Assembly: GCA_018818065.1 (NCBI GenBank)
Contig: JAHISV010000005.1
Coordinates: forward strand, 42,527 to 106,526
Origin: Bacteroidota bacterium
GTDB taxonomy: Bacteria > Bacteroidota > Ignavibacteria > Ignavibacteriales > Melioribacteraceae
Direction: 5' to 3'
DNA length: 64,000 nt
The position numbers and the translations under genes are program-made. A model generated the notes under the pieces. The model did no database searches. It saw only the letters and a program-made list of their open reading frames with translations, and was not told the DNA's origin. Positions 48,790 through 58,596 of the stretch are shown here, piece by piece. Position 1 is the first letter of the stretch; every line of letters begins with the position of its first letter.

Positions 48790-49014
48790 TCAAAGATAAT
48801 CTCTCCCCGGGAGGGGGAAATAACTTTTTCTAATGACATAAATCACTTTCGAAAGAACATAGGATAGTATTCCAACACCAAGCATTAACAGCCAGTGAAT
48901 CCAGTCATTAATGTTTGTAATGAGTTGGATGAGTGAATAAATAACCCATGCAAGTGAAAGCAGAGTCAACGTTTTGTTAATTAAATATAAAATCCATTTA
49001 AGTGTATAACTCAT
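48790..49014 (-). CDS. hypothetical small 2-TM membrane protein
   Basis: 74 aa, two hydrophobic helices. Start overlaps the upstream gene's stop by 4 bp. Confidence 0.4.
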   Translation of the reverse strand: MSYTLKWILYLINKTLTLLSLAWVIYSLIQLITNINDWIHWLLMLGVGILSYVLSKVIYVIRKSYFPLPGRDYL

Positions 49015-50858
49015 GGTAACTCCAATCGTGATTCACTTATATTCTGGATATAGAAAAACCGACCTGAACCCATCACATCATAATGGATAAATGTGAATTC
49101 ATTATATTTCAATTTAGAGCTGTCTATATCAATGGAATCAGTAAAACTTTTAATATCATCCGGAGAATTTTCTGTAATAATGAATGTAAGCAACTTACCA
49201 ATTTCGGCTAGCATTAATTCCTCGCGAGAAGCACGATACTCTTTTTCGTTAGCACCAAGAATTATATTCCCCTCTTCCCATTTGCCTGGATTTAATTCCG
49301 CTTCTTTTTGGTAATTATGAAATAAATTTAATAACTCTCCAAGGTTTTGCAGCAGCGGCGCAGGAAGACGGACATATTCGTCATGGATGTCGGGCATATA
49401 ATCTATCACACTATCGGGGGTGAGCTTCGGTTGATAATCACCGAACATTGTCTCCAATAAAGGTAGGGCAGCCTCATCATTACTAATCAACAACCAGTTT
49501 TTTAAAAGTCTTTCATACTTATCATAAAGGAAATTAACATAACTGTTGGCGGCATTAAATAACGCTCTCATTTTATTCGCTGCTGCAGTAAAAATTTCTT
49601 CTCTTTTAATTGGATTACTATCAGCCTCCGATAAAGCCTGAAAAAATAATTCAAGAAGATCCTCTTCGACAGAAAAATAGTATGTATCGTAGTAAGGATC
49701 AGATGGTTTAAACCAATTACTGTTCTTTTGTCCATATTCAGGGATTTGCTGAAGATATATCATGCGGTCCTTTGATACATTTTCCCATTCAGTGTGTTCA
49801 GGCCTACGGCTACCGGGCAGAGCTGTCTGAAGTTTGATGTGGTTTGGAAATACCTCGTAAGAAATTAGTTGAACCCCTTCCGGTATATTGAGGTATTCAA
49901 GCTCTTCGGGGTTTTGATTTTCAGTAATATTAATAAGCTTTTTGAAAGCAGCATCAAAATCAACCGCCTGTTGGTAGTTAATTTCATTATCTCTCGGAAA
50001 TATTCCGGAAGAATATATTATGGTAAAATCAGTTACAGTGAGAATATTATTCAGGACTAATGGGGAAATGCCGAAACCATCCGAATTATTTATAGAAAAA
50101 CTTTGCCAGGGAATAAGAGTGTAGGTGACAAGCGGAAATACATCTTTTTCTGATTTCACATTTATTTCGATCACGCCCGGTTGATTATCATAGAAGTTAA
50201 ATTCACCAGGTTCGGGGTCACTGTTTATTTCAATTACTAATTGATTTGAAAATATAACCCGATTAGACAATTGCACAGCTTCAGCTAGTAGTCTTGTCCA
50301 CTTTTTATAATTTACATCCTCCATCTCAATTCTGTTCTCCTTTAGATCTATTTTATAAACATTTCTATCCCTTTCAACGGTTGCAATACCCTCTGCATAA
50401 TCTGATACAATTTTATCATACTGGATTGGAACAACAACTTCACCTGCATTATTAATAAATCCCCATTTACCGCCTGCCCAAGATGAGTGCTCTCCATCGG
50501 CTTCCAAAATACAACCAATGCAAACTGCGGCGTGTCCTTTGCTGAAGGGGAGAGCCGCATCATAAATTGGCTGAATAACTATTTCACCCTTATAGTTAGC
50601 ATAACCCATTTTGTTATTGTCTGTAATTCTGAATAACCCTTCAGAGATATAATCTGGCCCGTTATCATAGGTGAAAATTGTAAATAGTTTATGATTGTTT
50701 TCGTCGTAAGCGACAAAACCATCTCCATCAATGTATTCGGTTGTGAAATATTCTGTGCTATCGGATGGTATTTTAGATGAAGGTGAAATCTCTTTACACT
50801 CCATGGTTATAACCATGAAGATAAAATAAACCAGGAAATATGAAAACACTTTTCTCAT
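49011..50858 (-). CDS. hypothetical protein with N-terminal signal/anchor and WG (KWG) repeats; C-terminal ~400 aa have no recognisable fold
   Basis: 'NKMGYANYKGEIVIQPIYD' and 'GKWGFINNAGEVVVPIQYD' are KWG-type repeats. 615 aa. Confidence 0.55.
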   Translation of the reverse strand: MRKVFSYFLVYFIFMVITMECKEISPSSKIPSDSTEYFTTEYIDGDGFVAYDENNHKLFTIFTYDNGPDYISEGLFRITDNNKMGYANYKGEIVIQPIYDAALPFSKGHAAVCIGCILEADGEHSSWAGGKWGFINNAGEVVVPIQYDKIVSDYAEGIATVERDRNVYKIDLKENRIEMEDVNYKKWTRLLAEAVQLSNRVIFSNQLVIEINSDPEPGEFNFYDNQPGVIEINVKSEKDVFPLVTYTLIPWQSFSINNSDGFGISPLVLNNILTVTDFTIIYSSGIFPRDNEINYQQAVDFDAAFKKLINITENQNPEELEYLNIPEGVQLISYEVFPNHIKLQTALPGSRRPEHTEWENVSKDRMIYLQQIPEYGQKNSNWFKPSDPYYDTYYFSVEEDLLELFFQALSEADSNPIKREEIFTAAANKMRALFNAANSYVNFLYDKYERLLKNWLLISNDEAALPLLETMFGDYQPKLTPDSVIDYMPDIHDEYVRLPAPLLQNLGELLNLFHNYQKEAELNPGKWEEGNIILGANEKEYRASREELMLAEIGKLLTFIITENSPDDIKSFTDSIDIDSSKLKYNEFTFIHYDVMGSGRFFYIQNISESRLELP

Positions 50859-50913
50859 AAGATTCTCTTTTTCTTACTGAGGCGACAAAATGTTTTTTGA
50901 ACAATAAAAATTT

Positions 50914-51225
50914 CTATTTTCTTTTCAGATAAATTCCACTGGTGTAGCCTTCAAATTCAATTTTGCATTTTATGTCCTTTTTACAAAAGGGACATGCAAG
51001 GGGGAGTTCGTAATTTGTTGTGGAAAACTTATCATGAATAAGTCGGATTGTTTCATAACAGTACGGACACTTTTCCTCCGCGAAGCCTACGTCGCTTGGG
51101 AGATTAATATTTTTATCGATTAATATCCAGTTTTCCTTGGGGCTGGCCAGATCGGCAAATTCCTGCATGTTTTCGTACGATTCAATAAGACGGTCAATTT
51201 CCGAGTTTAATTCTTCTGCTGTCAT
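50914..51225 (-). CDS. hypothetical C4 zinc-ribbon protein
   Basis: 'CPYCYETI...CPFCKKDIKC' is a CxxC-x26-CxxC motif. 103 aa. Confidence 0.45.
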   Translation of the reverse strand: MTAEELNSEIDRLIESYENMQEFADLASPKENWILIDKNINLPSDVGFAEEKCPYCYETIRLIHDKFSTTNYELPLACPFCKKDIKCKIEFEGYTSGIYLKRK

Positions 51226-51245
51226 TTTAAACTCCTTTAGACTAA

Positions 51246-52442
51246 TTAGGTTTGTTCTGATATCCCTTTATACTTTTCTATCATTTTCTCTTTATGTGTT
51301 CCTTTGAAACTGTCTATCTGAAAAAGAACTCCTTCAAGTTTACCGTTTACAAGAGGTATTCTTTTGCTGGTTTTAAGTCCAATATGTTTTCTAAGTCCGG
51401 GATCTCCGCTATAGATAAATGCTGATGTTCCATTACATTTTTGCTTAATAAAATCGCCGAATTCCTTAAATAAAATTTGTGCTTCTTCCTTTTCACCAAT
51501 TCTTATTCCGTAGGGCGGGTTAGTTATAATTACCCCATTCTCAAAGTTTTCAATCTCCTGAAACGAACGTGTAAATAACTCAATATTTCCCGAGTGGGGA
51601 AGTCGGTCAAGATTCTCTCTGGCAACCTCAATAGCTCTAATTGATTTGTCACTTCCAAATATCAGTCCTTTTGGTAATGGTCTTATTTCCTTGTCGGCAG
51701 CTTCCTTTACTTTTTTCCATAGCTCTTTGTCAAAATCGGGCAAATTAAAAAAACCAAAATTTGTGCGAAGGTATTGAGCAGGTATTTTACAGTAATGCAT
51801 TAATGCCTCGCATAATATGGTGCCGGAACCGCACATGAAATCACCAAGCGGCACATCTCCATTCCAGTAACTTAGATTGACCATGGCAGCGGCAAGCGTC
51901 TCCTGCATGGGCGCTTCACCCGCCAGCAGGCGGTAGCCTCGCTTATGAAGCGATTCGCCCGATACATCAAGACTAACAACGGCCTGATCCCTATCAATAT
52001 GAAGATTGAAACGAACATCGGGGCTCTTTGTTTCAACGTTAGGACGCTTACCTTTTTTTGCTGTAAAATAATCGGCAATGGAATCCTTAAGACAAAGAGC
52101 GGCATATTTTGAATGAGTAATTTTACTGTTTGATACCGAGGCTGTAATTGCAAAAGTATCCTTGAGTGATAAAAAATCATCCCAGGAAAATTTAAAGGCC
52201 GTTCTTCGCAATGCATCTGTATCCTTAGCGTAAAATGAGGTGAGAGGCGCAAGCACTCTGGTAATTAATCGTGAGGTGTAAATTATCTTGTACAGGTCGG
52301 CTTTTTCAGCATTAAAATATATTCCCCGGTAAACAGGGCGGGTGTTCGTTGCGCCAAGGGCAATTAATTCCTGCTCACACATTTCTTCCATTTGTCCGGT
52401 AACCTGGGCAAAAAACAAATTCTCTTTTTGATACTCAAACAT
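51246..52442 (-). CDS. THUMP-domain class I SAM-dependent RNA methyltransferase (RlmL/Trm14-like m2G methyltransferase)
   Basis: N-terminal THUMP region, 'FMCGSGTILCEA' (motif I), 'ITNPPYGIRIG' (motif IV, N-methyltransferase). Confidence 0.75.
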   Translation of the reverse strand: MFEYQKENLFFAQVTGQMEEMCEQELIALGATNTRPVYRGIYFNAEKADLYKIIYTSRLITRVLAPLTSFYAKDTDALRRTAFKFSWDDFLSLKDTFAITASVSNSKITHSKYAALCLKDSIADYFTAKKGKRPNVETKSPDVRFNLHIDRDQAVVSLDVSGESLHKRGYRLLAGEAPMQETLAAAMVNLSYWNGDVPLGDFMCGSGTILCEALMHYCKIPAQYLRTNFGFFNLPDFDKELWKKVKEAADKEIRPLPKGLIFGSDKSIRAIEVARENLDRLPHSGNIELFTRSFQEIENFENGVIITNPPYGIRIGEKEEAQILFKEFGDFIKQKCNGTSAFIYSGDPGLRKHIGLKTSKRIPLVNGKLEGVLFQIDSFKGTHKEKMIEKYKGISEQT

Positions 52443-52662
52443 AATTCACGATTTCACTTATTTTATTTTACCGATACAGTAATAATAAGAATTAAAAAAG
52501 AATTCTTTCTTGCTTATTTGGGTAATTAATTCGTGAGGTTAGAGAAAATGCCTCCGACTAAAACATACTAAATTAGGCAATAAAATATTTTGCAATAGTA
52601 GTTCATGAGGATTACTATTTGGAACAGAAGCTAAAGAGTAAAACCGGAGGTGTGAGAATTAT

Positions 52663-53340
52663 TTATTCTTTAATGATGTCGTATATGGCAAACTTTTCCC
52701 CTTTTTCAAGAGCCCAGGCGGCGTCACCAAAATCAAAGTGCCAGTACTCTTTTATATCAACGACAAAATCTTCATTCTCAAAGAGATCGATTAATAATTT
52801 TCTGTTCTTTTTCGCTTTGGATGATATATGAGGATGGTAAGGATAGCATTTATCATTTAGTTCAATTTTATATCCATCATTCGTTCCAAAATCCATAATG
52901 CAATTATTTTTAAGATCATATATTAATGCATCAACAGCGCCACCGGTAGCATGCAATGATTTTTCCGGCGGAGCAATAAAGTAGGAAACAATTTCTATGA
53001 TTTCTTCGAATGATTTACCCGGATGTTCTTTTTGTAAAGACTCGACTTTATCTTCCCAAAGTAGACGCTGATGTTCAAATGATCTCCAGGCGGAACGGAT
53101 AATCAGTTTCTTGTTTTCGCTATCTAAAAGTCTGCTTATTCGTCCAATCTTTTCATAAACAGCTTCTCTTACCATATATTTGTAGTCTTTTTTGATGGAT
53201 GGTTCGAACACCAGATTAAAATTAGATTTTTTCAAACTGATTAGGAGGCTGGTATTCTCTTTAATTTGGATGGTTGGAAGATGTTGTTGATATCTACGGT
53301 ATTTTTGTTCAACAAATTCGCAATATTCTTGAGCTTCCAT
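52663..53340 (-). CDS. D-alanyl-D-alanine dipeptidase (VanX/DdpX, M15D)
   Basis: 'SAWRSFEHQ', 'HATGGAVDALI', 'EYWHFDFGD' are the VanX zinc-ligand and catalytic motifs. 225 aa. Confidence 0.8.
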   Translation of the reverse strand: MEAQEYCEFVEQKYRRYQQHLPTIQIKENTSLLISLKKSNFNLVFEPSIKKDYKYMVREAVYEKIGRISRLLDSENKKLIIRSAWRSFEHQRLLWEDKVESLQKEHPGKSFEEIIEIVSYFIAPPEKSLHATGGAVDALIYDLKNNCIMDFGTNDGYKIELNDKCYPYHPHISSKAKKNRKLLIDLFENEDFVVDIKEYWHFDFGDAAWALEKGEKFAIYDIIKE

Positions 53341-54404
53341 ACATCTACCTCTACTTTTTTTGTAACATAAGGAGATATCATAGCCGAGAGCAAAGCTCCG
53401 TAATTCAGAACAAACTCCAATTCATCTCCAACTTTCAATTTTATTTTTTTTGCATCAACTATTATATGGTCACTGCTGGAGCCAAGGATTTTGATGTCGA
53501 GTCTTGGTGTCAGACCGGAAACAAGAACATCCTGTTCTCCAAGACCGAGGATAACTCTTTTCATTTTACTACGACCATGAGACGCAGGTACATTTCCAGA
53601 TGCATTCTGCGAAACCTTGCCGTATGGAAGTGACGGCTTTATTTTTGCTTCAATGACTTCCGCAACCAGTGTGAAGGCATCTGTGAATAATTCTGGAATT
53701 GGTTTGCCGTTGAGAGTTTCATGTCCAAGGAAGATCGATTCGCCTAAGCGCAGATTATTTATTTTACCTACGTTCTTAGTGGACATGAACCAGTTATAGT
53801 TCGCAGAGTTTCCTCCGGAAACTAAGGATAATGTAATTCCGAATTTTTCTTCAATACGCTTGGCAAGTGAGGAGAAGTAAGTCATTTTTTCTTCATCTGG
53901 GGCAATCCCCCCAAAACATGCCAAATTTGTTCCTATACCCACTAGTTCAATACCCGGCAATTTTAGTACCTGCTTTATGGTATTATCCAGAAAAATTGGC
54001 ATGAGTCCCTCTCTCAAATCGCCGAGTTCAACCATTAATAATACTCTATGAATTGTATTTTGCTTAAGGGCAAACTTTGAGAGTTTTTTGATTACTGCCA
54101 GTTCTGAGTTTAAGCTGATATCAGCGTACTTCACCACTGATTCTGCCTGGCTGAGGATAGGAGTTCTGAGAAGCAGGAATTCAGCTTGTATACCTGCTTC
54201 ACGCATCCTTTTTATATTTGTTATGCGCGAATCGGCAAGAACACTTATTCCACTTTTTACTAAGGCATGAGCAATAGTTGGGTCTCCGCAAACAACCTTA
54301 GTAACACCAATAATATCAATGCCTTTTGAGCCAAATAACCTCTTCAATACTTTTACATTATGGGCAATTTTTTTGAGATTTATCTCTATTCTTGGGGTTG
54401 ACAT
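53241..54404 (-). CDS. alanine-racemase-fold PLP enzyme (YhfX/COG3457-like predicted amino-acid racemase)
   Basis: 'IIGVTKVVCGDP' (candidate PLP Lys in a barrel strand). A TIM-barrel-like N-terminal half plus a C-terminal beta domain. 387 aa. Confidence 0.65.
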   Translation of the reverse strand: MSTPRIEINLKKIAHNVKVLKRLFGSKGIDIIGVTKVVCGDPTIAHALVKSGISVLADSRITNIKRMREAGIQAEFLLLRTPILSQAESVVKYADISLNSELAVIKKLSKFALKQNTIHRVLLMVELGDLREGLMPIFLDNTIKQVLKLPGIELVGIGTNLACFGGIAPDEEKMTYFSSLAKRIEEKFGITLSLVSGGNSANYNWFMSTKNVGKINNLRLGESIFLGHETLNGKPIPELFTDAFTLVAEVIEAKIKPSLPYGKVSQNASGNVPASHGRSKMKRVILGLGEQDVLVSGLTPRLDIKILGSSSDHIIVDAKKIKLKVGDELEFVLNYGALLSAMISPYVTKKVEVDVWKLKNIANLLNKNTVDINNIFQPSKLKRIPAS

Positions 54405-55474
54405 AACAAAGTTGCCTGTTTTTGCAGTTCCGGAAAAATCTTGAATAGCTCAACAACAAGTTTGTTACATCCATTTTTCAGAACATCTGTTGTAGGCAGA
54501 TCATATTTGTATTCATACTCAACAATAGTGCTTTCTACTTCATCGTCTGTCATATCTTCATGGTTTAGAGTAATAGCAATGACTTTTGATTTTGAGAATA
54601 TTTCCAACAGCTCAATCTCACTTTCAAGAGTGGGCATTGGTATATTTGGGTAATCACAGCGGTTTTTCCTTTGTGGCGGATGCTGAAGAATTATTGCCTT
54701 GGGCATGGCTCCTCTTATAATCGCGCTTGAGGAGGTAAAAGCCGGATGACTTAGAGCGCCTTGTCCTTCGACGACTATTATATCAGGGTTATCATTCTCA
54801 CAAGCGTTTAGAATTGCATTCTCAACTTCTCCGGTGGCAAAGCCCGAGGTTAAAACATCCAGCGCTGCACCATACTTTGCTCCTTGAATCAATCCGGTTT
54901 GACCCGTAGCAATAAATGCCGGATTTAAGCCTTCTTTTTTTAAGGCATCTACAAGATTTACCGCGGTTGTTCGTTTACCAACAGCGCAATCTGTTCCAAG
55001 AACAGTTATAATGGGAATTTTAACTTCAAAAATTTTCCCTGTGAATATATGCAAGTCTTTTCTCTTAGGCGGCTTTCTTATATCAATAATCCTGACTCCA
55101 TATTCACTTGCCTTTTGAACGAATTCATCATCTTCGGTGAAAAATTCAGGAAGACCATTTACAATGTTCATTCCCTTTTTCATAGCATTAATTATTATGC
55201 CTCTCTGTTCGTTGTCGAGATAAGAAGCGAGAGGGGCAATACCATAGATAAAGTATTCAGGAATTAATCCCAGGGTTTCAATAGCATAGTCGAGACTTCG
55301 GAATACAGGAATCCCGTTTTTTATTCCATCAAGGTATTCTCCGGCATCAACACCGGCTTTTTTGCTATCTATGATTCCAAGTATGTTATATTTCGCCGAA
55401 TGTCGGGCAAGTCCGTTTGCAACTTTACCATCTATTTTACCAAATTCATTTTCACTATATACTAACGCGTTCAT
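54386..55474 (-). CDS. DUF1611-family protein (N-terminal Rossmann-like + C-terminal P-loop domain)
   Basis: 'ITVLGTDCAVGKRTTAV' P-loop in the C-terminal half. Rossmann-like N-terminus. 362 aa. 19-bp overlap with the racemase gene. Confidence 0.65.
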   Translation of the reverse strand: MNALVYSENEFGKIDGKVANGLARHSAKYNILGIIDSKKAGVDAGEYLDGIKNGIPVFRSLDYAIETLGLIPEYFIYGIAPLASYLDNEQRGIIINAMKKGMNIVNGLPEFFTEDDEFVQKASEYGVRIIDIRKPPKRKDLHIFTGKIFEVKIPIITVLGTDCAVGKRTTAVNLVDALKKEGLNPAFIATGQTGLIQGAKYGAALDVLTSGFATGEVENAILNACENDNPDIIVVEGQGALSHPAFTSSSAIIRGAMPKAIILQHPPQRKNRCDYPNIPMPTLESEIELLEIFSKSKVIAITLNHEDMTDDEVESTIVEYEYKYDLPTTDVLKNGCNKLVVELFKIFPELQKQATLLCQPQE

Positions 55475-55862
55475 GTGTTACCACTTTGATTATTGATTTG
55501 TTTTGTATCCATTATCGAATACACTATTTTGTGCAGTATTTACTTATCGGTAAGAGTTGTTAATTCAATTAAAAATGATGGTTTGAAGAAAAGTGTGGTA
55601 TCCCTAAAATTGGGAGGATTACTTTGATAAACGCACTTTAAATTTTGTTCACAGAAAGGTTTTTGCGTCCGAGCAAAAGTTCAAAAGATTTTTGTGTTGT
55701 TGCCATCATCTTGCTAAGCAATATCCAATTTCTCCAATAGTTATTGTTATATCAGCCATTTTTAAGTGATTTTGGATTTAATTCGATAATAAATATTATT
55801 TTATAAGATCGGTATGTTGAACATTTAAAGCATTACACATATCCGGGAATATGTTACATATA

Positions 55863-56423
55863 TCACAGGTTTTCCAGATTTTTTATTCGTTTTTGCTTCA
55901 TTTGCCTGTAATAGGAAGGGGAGAGTCCCGTAACTTTCTTGAATTGATTTGATAAGTGTGCTACGCTGCTGTAGTGTAGTTTGTGTGCAATTTCCGTAAG
56001 ATTCAGTTCGTCATACAAAAGCAATTCCTTTACTCTTTCTATTTTGTGAATAATAATAAATTGCTGAATGGTGATGCCTTTCACTTCTGAAAAAGTGTTA
56101 GCCAGGTAAGTATAATCATAACCCAGCTTTTCGCTGATGTAATCAGAGTCGTTAACTTTTGGCAATTCCTCCGAATAATGAATCATTTCTGTAATAACAT
56201 TTTTTATCTTCTCAATAAGGATGCTTTTTTTACTGTCCAGCAATTCCAATCCCGACTTGAGAAGATTTTTCTTAAGCTGCTTGCGCTGCTCTTTGGTTAT
56301 ATCTTCCAAAACTTCAACCATGCCCAGATCAACAATTACGTAATGGAGTCCAAGTTTTTTAAGCTCTTCCTTTACCATCATTTTGCAGCGTAAGCTTACC
56401 ATATATTTAATGTATAATTTCAT
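55863..56423 (-). CDS. AraC-family transcriptional regulator
   Basis: C-terminal HTH 'LTEIAHKLHYSSVAHLSNQFKKVTGLSPSYYRQ'. 186 aa. Confidence 0.75.
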   Translation of the reverse strand: MKLYIKYMVSLRCKMMVKEELKKLGLHYVIVDLGMVEVLEDITKEQRKQLKKNLLKSGLELLDSKKSILIEKIKNVITEMIHYSEELPKVNDSDYISEKLGYDYTYLANTFSEVKGITIQQFIIIHKIERVKELLLYDELNLTEIAHKLHYSSVAHLSNQFKKVTGLSPSYYRQMKQKRIKNLENL

Positions 56424-56573
56424 ATTCTATGCTAAAAACAATTAGTCAGGAAAATACCCTGGGTTCATTCAAAAATTCATATCAATGCGTTGTTTTTAAG
56501 AACGCAATCACATCTTAGCTATTAAAGAATTCTTTTTCAAGTAAGTAATGCATAATGAGGTTTCTTAATTACC

Positions 56574-56948
56574 CTAATTCTTCCATAACCAGATGGAACG
56601 CTCGAAGGAAACAAGGTAGTGGATTGTAACAATAATACAGAGCATCCAACCGGTTATGAGTGAGCCTAAATCAAATAAGGCCCATGTTGCAAAGGCAAAA
56701 ATAGCAAGCTCAAGAGCAAGACGAAGAAGCCCCGGGATTGGTATCGGTGCTTTACCTGACCGGCTTGGATCGTGTGGTACTGCAAACACACCCCATAATG
56801 TTGCAGCCAAAAGGGGAATACCAAAAGCCAAAGCATAACTGAGAACACCAACGCCCTTAAGCCACCCCCAATAACCCATGGCAATTAAGGCAGCAATTTC
56901 CAAAATGAAACGAAGCGCCATATTTATTGAGTGAAAACCCAAGATCAT
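56574..56948 (-). CDS. DUF2568 (YrdB-like) small membrane protein; compositionally atypical (GC-rich)
   Basis: 4 predicted TM ('ILEIAALIAMGYWGW', 'LSYALAFGIPLLAATLWGVFAV'...). Local GC is visibly ~50% against a ~36% background. Confidence 0.5.
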   Translation of the reverse strand: MILGFHSINMALRFILEIAALIAMGYWGWLKGVGVLSYALAFGIPLLAATLWGVFAVPHDPSRSGKAPIPIPGLLRLALELAIFAFATWALFDLGSLITGWMLCIIVTIHYLVSFERSIWLWKN

Positions 56949-57724
56949 ATTTCTGTAGAGTTAATAGTATTTCTTCTTATAAAAACAATATTGTCCTTTT
57001 GCCATTCATAATCAAATCCGTTTGATCCGTTATAAAAGCTTCGGCTGCATCCGGGTCTTAGCCGGTCGTGTAACTCAATTATCAAAGCATTTACCTTTCC
57101 AATCCATGAATCAGAAGTGCTAAAGACTTCAATCTCGGCTCCTTCAATATCCAGTTTTAGAATATCAATACTAACTAATTGATATTCCTCCATAATCTTG
57201 TCAATAGTTATGGCTTGTATCTGCTGGCATACAGGATAGTTATTATCAACAGGGGATTCTTTACTGTCAGTTCTGAATCCACAATTTCCATGTCTTCCCG
57301 GGTCAATCAGATTAATTTCTTCGTTTTTATTCCACAGGGCAGCATTAATTGTCCTGATGTTAGTGTAGGGAGACACATTTTTTTTAAGGGCTTCATAATT
57401 GCCGTTCTCTGGTTCGATAGCAATAATTTGAGCGTCAGGATACTTATTGGCAAAGTAAATAGAAGTGAGACCAATATTAGCGCCCGTATCAACGATTACT
57501 TTTGGTGATTCTTTCAACTGAAAGTCATACTCCAGATCCACAAAAACCTGGTCAGACACAACTATATCTGAGGTCAAACACCTCAAATAAAACGGAAATT
57601 TTATTCCCGGTCTCTTTACTTCAATTATTTCCTCTGAGTTAAAAAGCCGCGCTTTTATGGCTAATGAAGCTCCTTTAATACCAAATCTTGAATAGTAATA
57701 CCAAATTCCTTCTATTATATTCAC
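56945..57724 (-). CDS. FkbM-family SAM-dependent methyltransferase
   Basis: 'VIVDTGANIGLTSIYFA', 'IIAIEPENGNYEALKKN', 'ILKLDIEGAEIEVF' are FkbM signature blocks. 259 aa. Confidence 0.8.
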   Translation of the reverse strand: MNIIEGIWYYYSRFGIKGASLAIKARLFNSEEIIEVKRPGIKFPFYLRCLTSDIVVSDQVFVDLEYDFQLKESPKVIVDTGANIGLTSIYFANKYPDAQIIAIEPENGNYEALKKNVSPYTNIRTINAALWNKNEEINLIDPGRHGNCGFRTDSKESPVDNNYPVCQQIQAITIDKIMEEYQLVSIDILKLDIEGAEIEVFSTSDSWIGKVNALIIELHDRLRPGCSRSFYNGSNGFDYEWQKDNIVFIRRNTINSTEI

Positions 57725-57768
57725 TTTCCCTCAAAAATATTTATTATTCTAATTTCACAGTAATTATA

Positions 57769-58521
57769 TTAAACGCCGGCCCCAGTCAATCGGTCAATTT
57801 CTTTTTTCAATCTTGCATAGGCGTAATTAAAAAAACTGAATGGTTGTTCATAGTCGGGGATTGAACCAATACCGGTCATTAGGTCTGTTGGCATTTCAAC
57901 CGGGCGTTTTTCAATGACAAGAACATTGGTGTAATAATGCAGAGAATGAACTGATTTTGTAAAATCTGAAATCTTCAATCTGCCCCTCTGGAATGAATAC
58001 CAGGCATGTATTTGATCGATAAAATTTTTACTATATTCTATAAAAGAGTGGCGACTTTTATATCCACCTCCCCATTTGAAAGAATATGAAGTGTGTAAAT
58101 CCTCACAAAGATAAACACCGTTTTTATCCATATGATGAAAAAGCTCCTCATACGTATTAATCTGCTGTTTCATTTTATGTCCGCCATCATCAATAAGAAT
58201 ATCTATTTTAGGAATTCTCTCCCTCAAAGAAGCAAGAAACTTTCTGTCGTCCTGATCACCAATAATAATCTCTATCTGATCTTCTTCCAGTTTCTTACAA
58301 TCCGGAAAAATGTCAACTCCATATATTTTGGCTTTAGGTCCAAAATAATTTTTCCACATCAGCAGAGAACCACCCTGTGAGACGCCAAATTCTACCACGA
58401 TTACTTCTTTTCCCCTATAACGGGAAAAATGCCGGTCATAAATTTCAAAATAATTTTGAAATTTATGGATCAGTTTACCGGTATTTTCATTAAAATATTT
58501 TTCCAGATCGTTCAAAATCAA
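57769..58521 (-). CDS. class I SAM-dependent methyltransferase (CmcI/rhamnosyl-O-methyltransferase-like)
   Basis: 'VVEFGVSQGGSLLMW', 'IYGVDI', 'ILIDDGGHKMKQQ' match the CmcI-family arrangement. 250 aa. Confidence 0.6.
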   Translation of the reverse strand: MILNDLEKYFNENTGKLIHKFQNYFEIYDRHFSRYRGKEVIVVEFGVSQGGSLLMWKNYFGPKAKIYGVDIFPDCKKLEEDQIEIIIGDQDDRKFLASLRERIPKIDILIDDGGHKMKQQINTYEELFHHMDKNGVYLCEDLHTSYSFKWGGGYKSRHSFIEYSKNFIDQIHAWYSFQRGRLKISDFTKSVHSLHYYTNVLVIEKRPVEMPTDLMTGIGSIPDYEQPFSFFNYAYARLKKEIDRLTGAGV

Positions 58522-58596
58522 TATTCCTTTTTTAAAGGTTCTCTTAAATTCTTTATCAGTTGTTTATCTTTCACTTAGTTCACCTAAGTAGAGATA

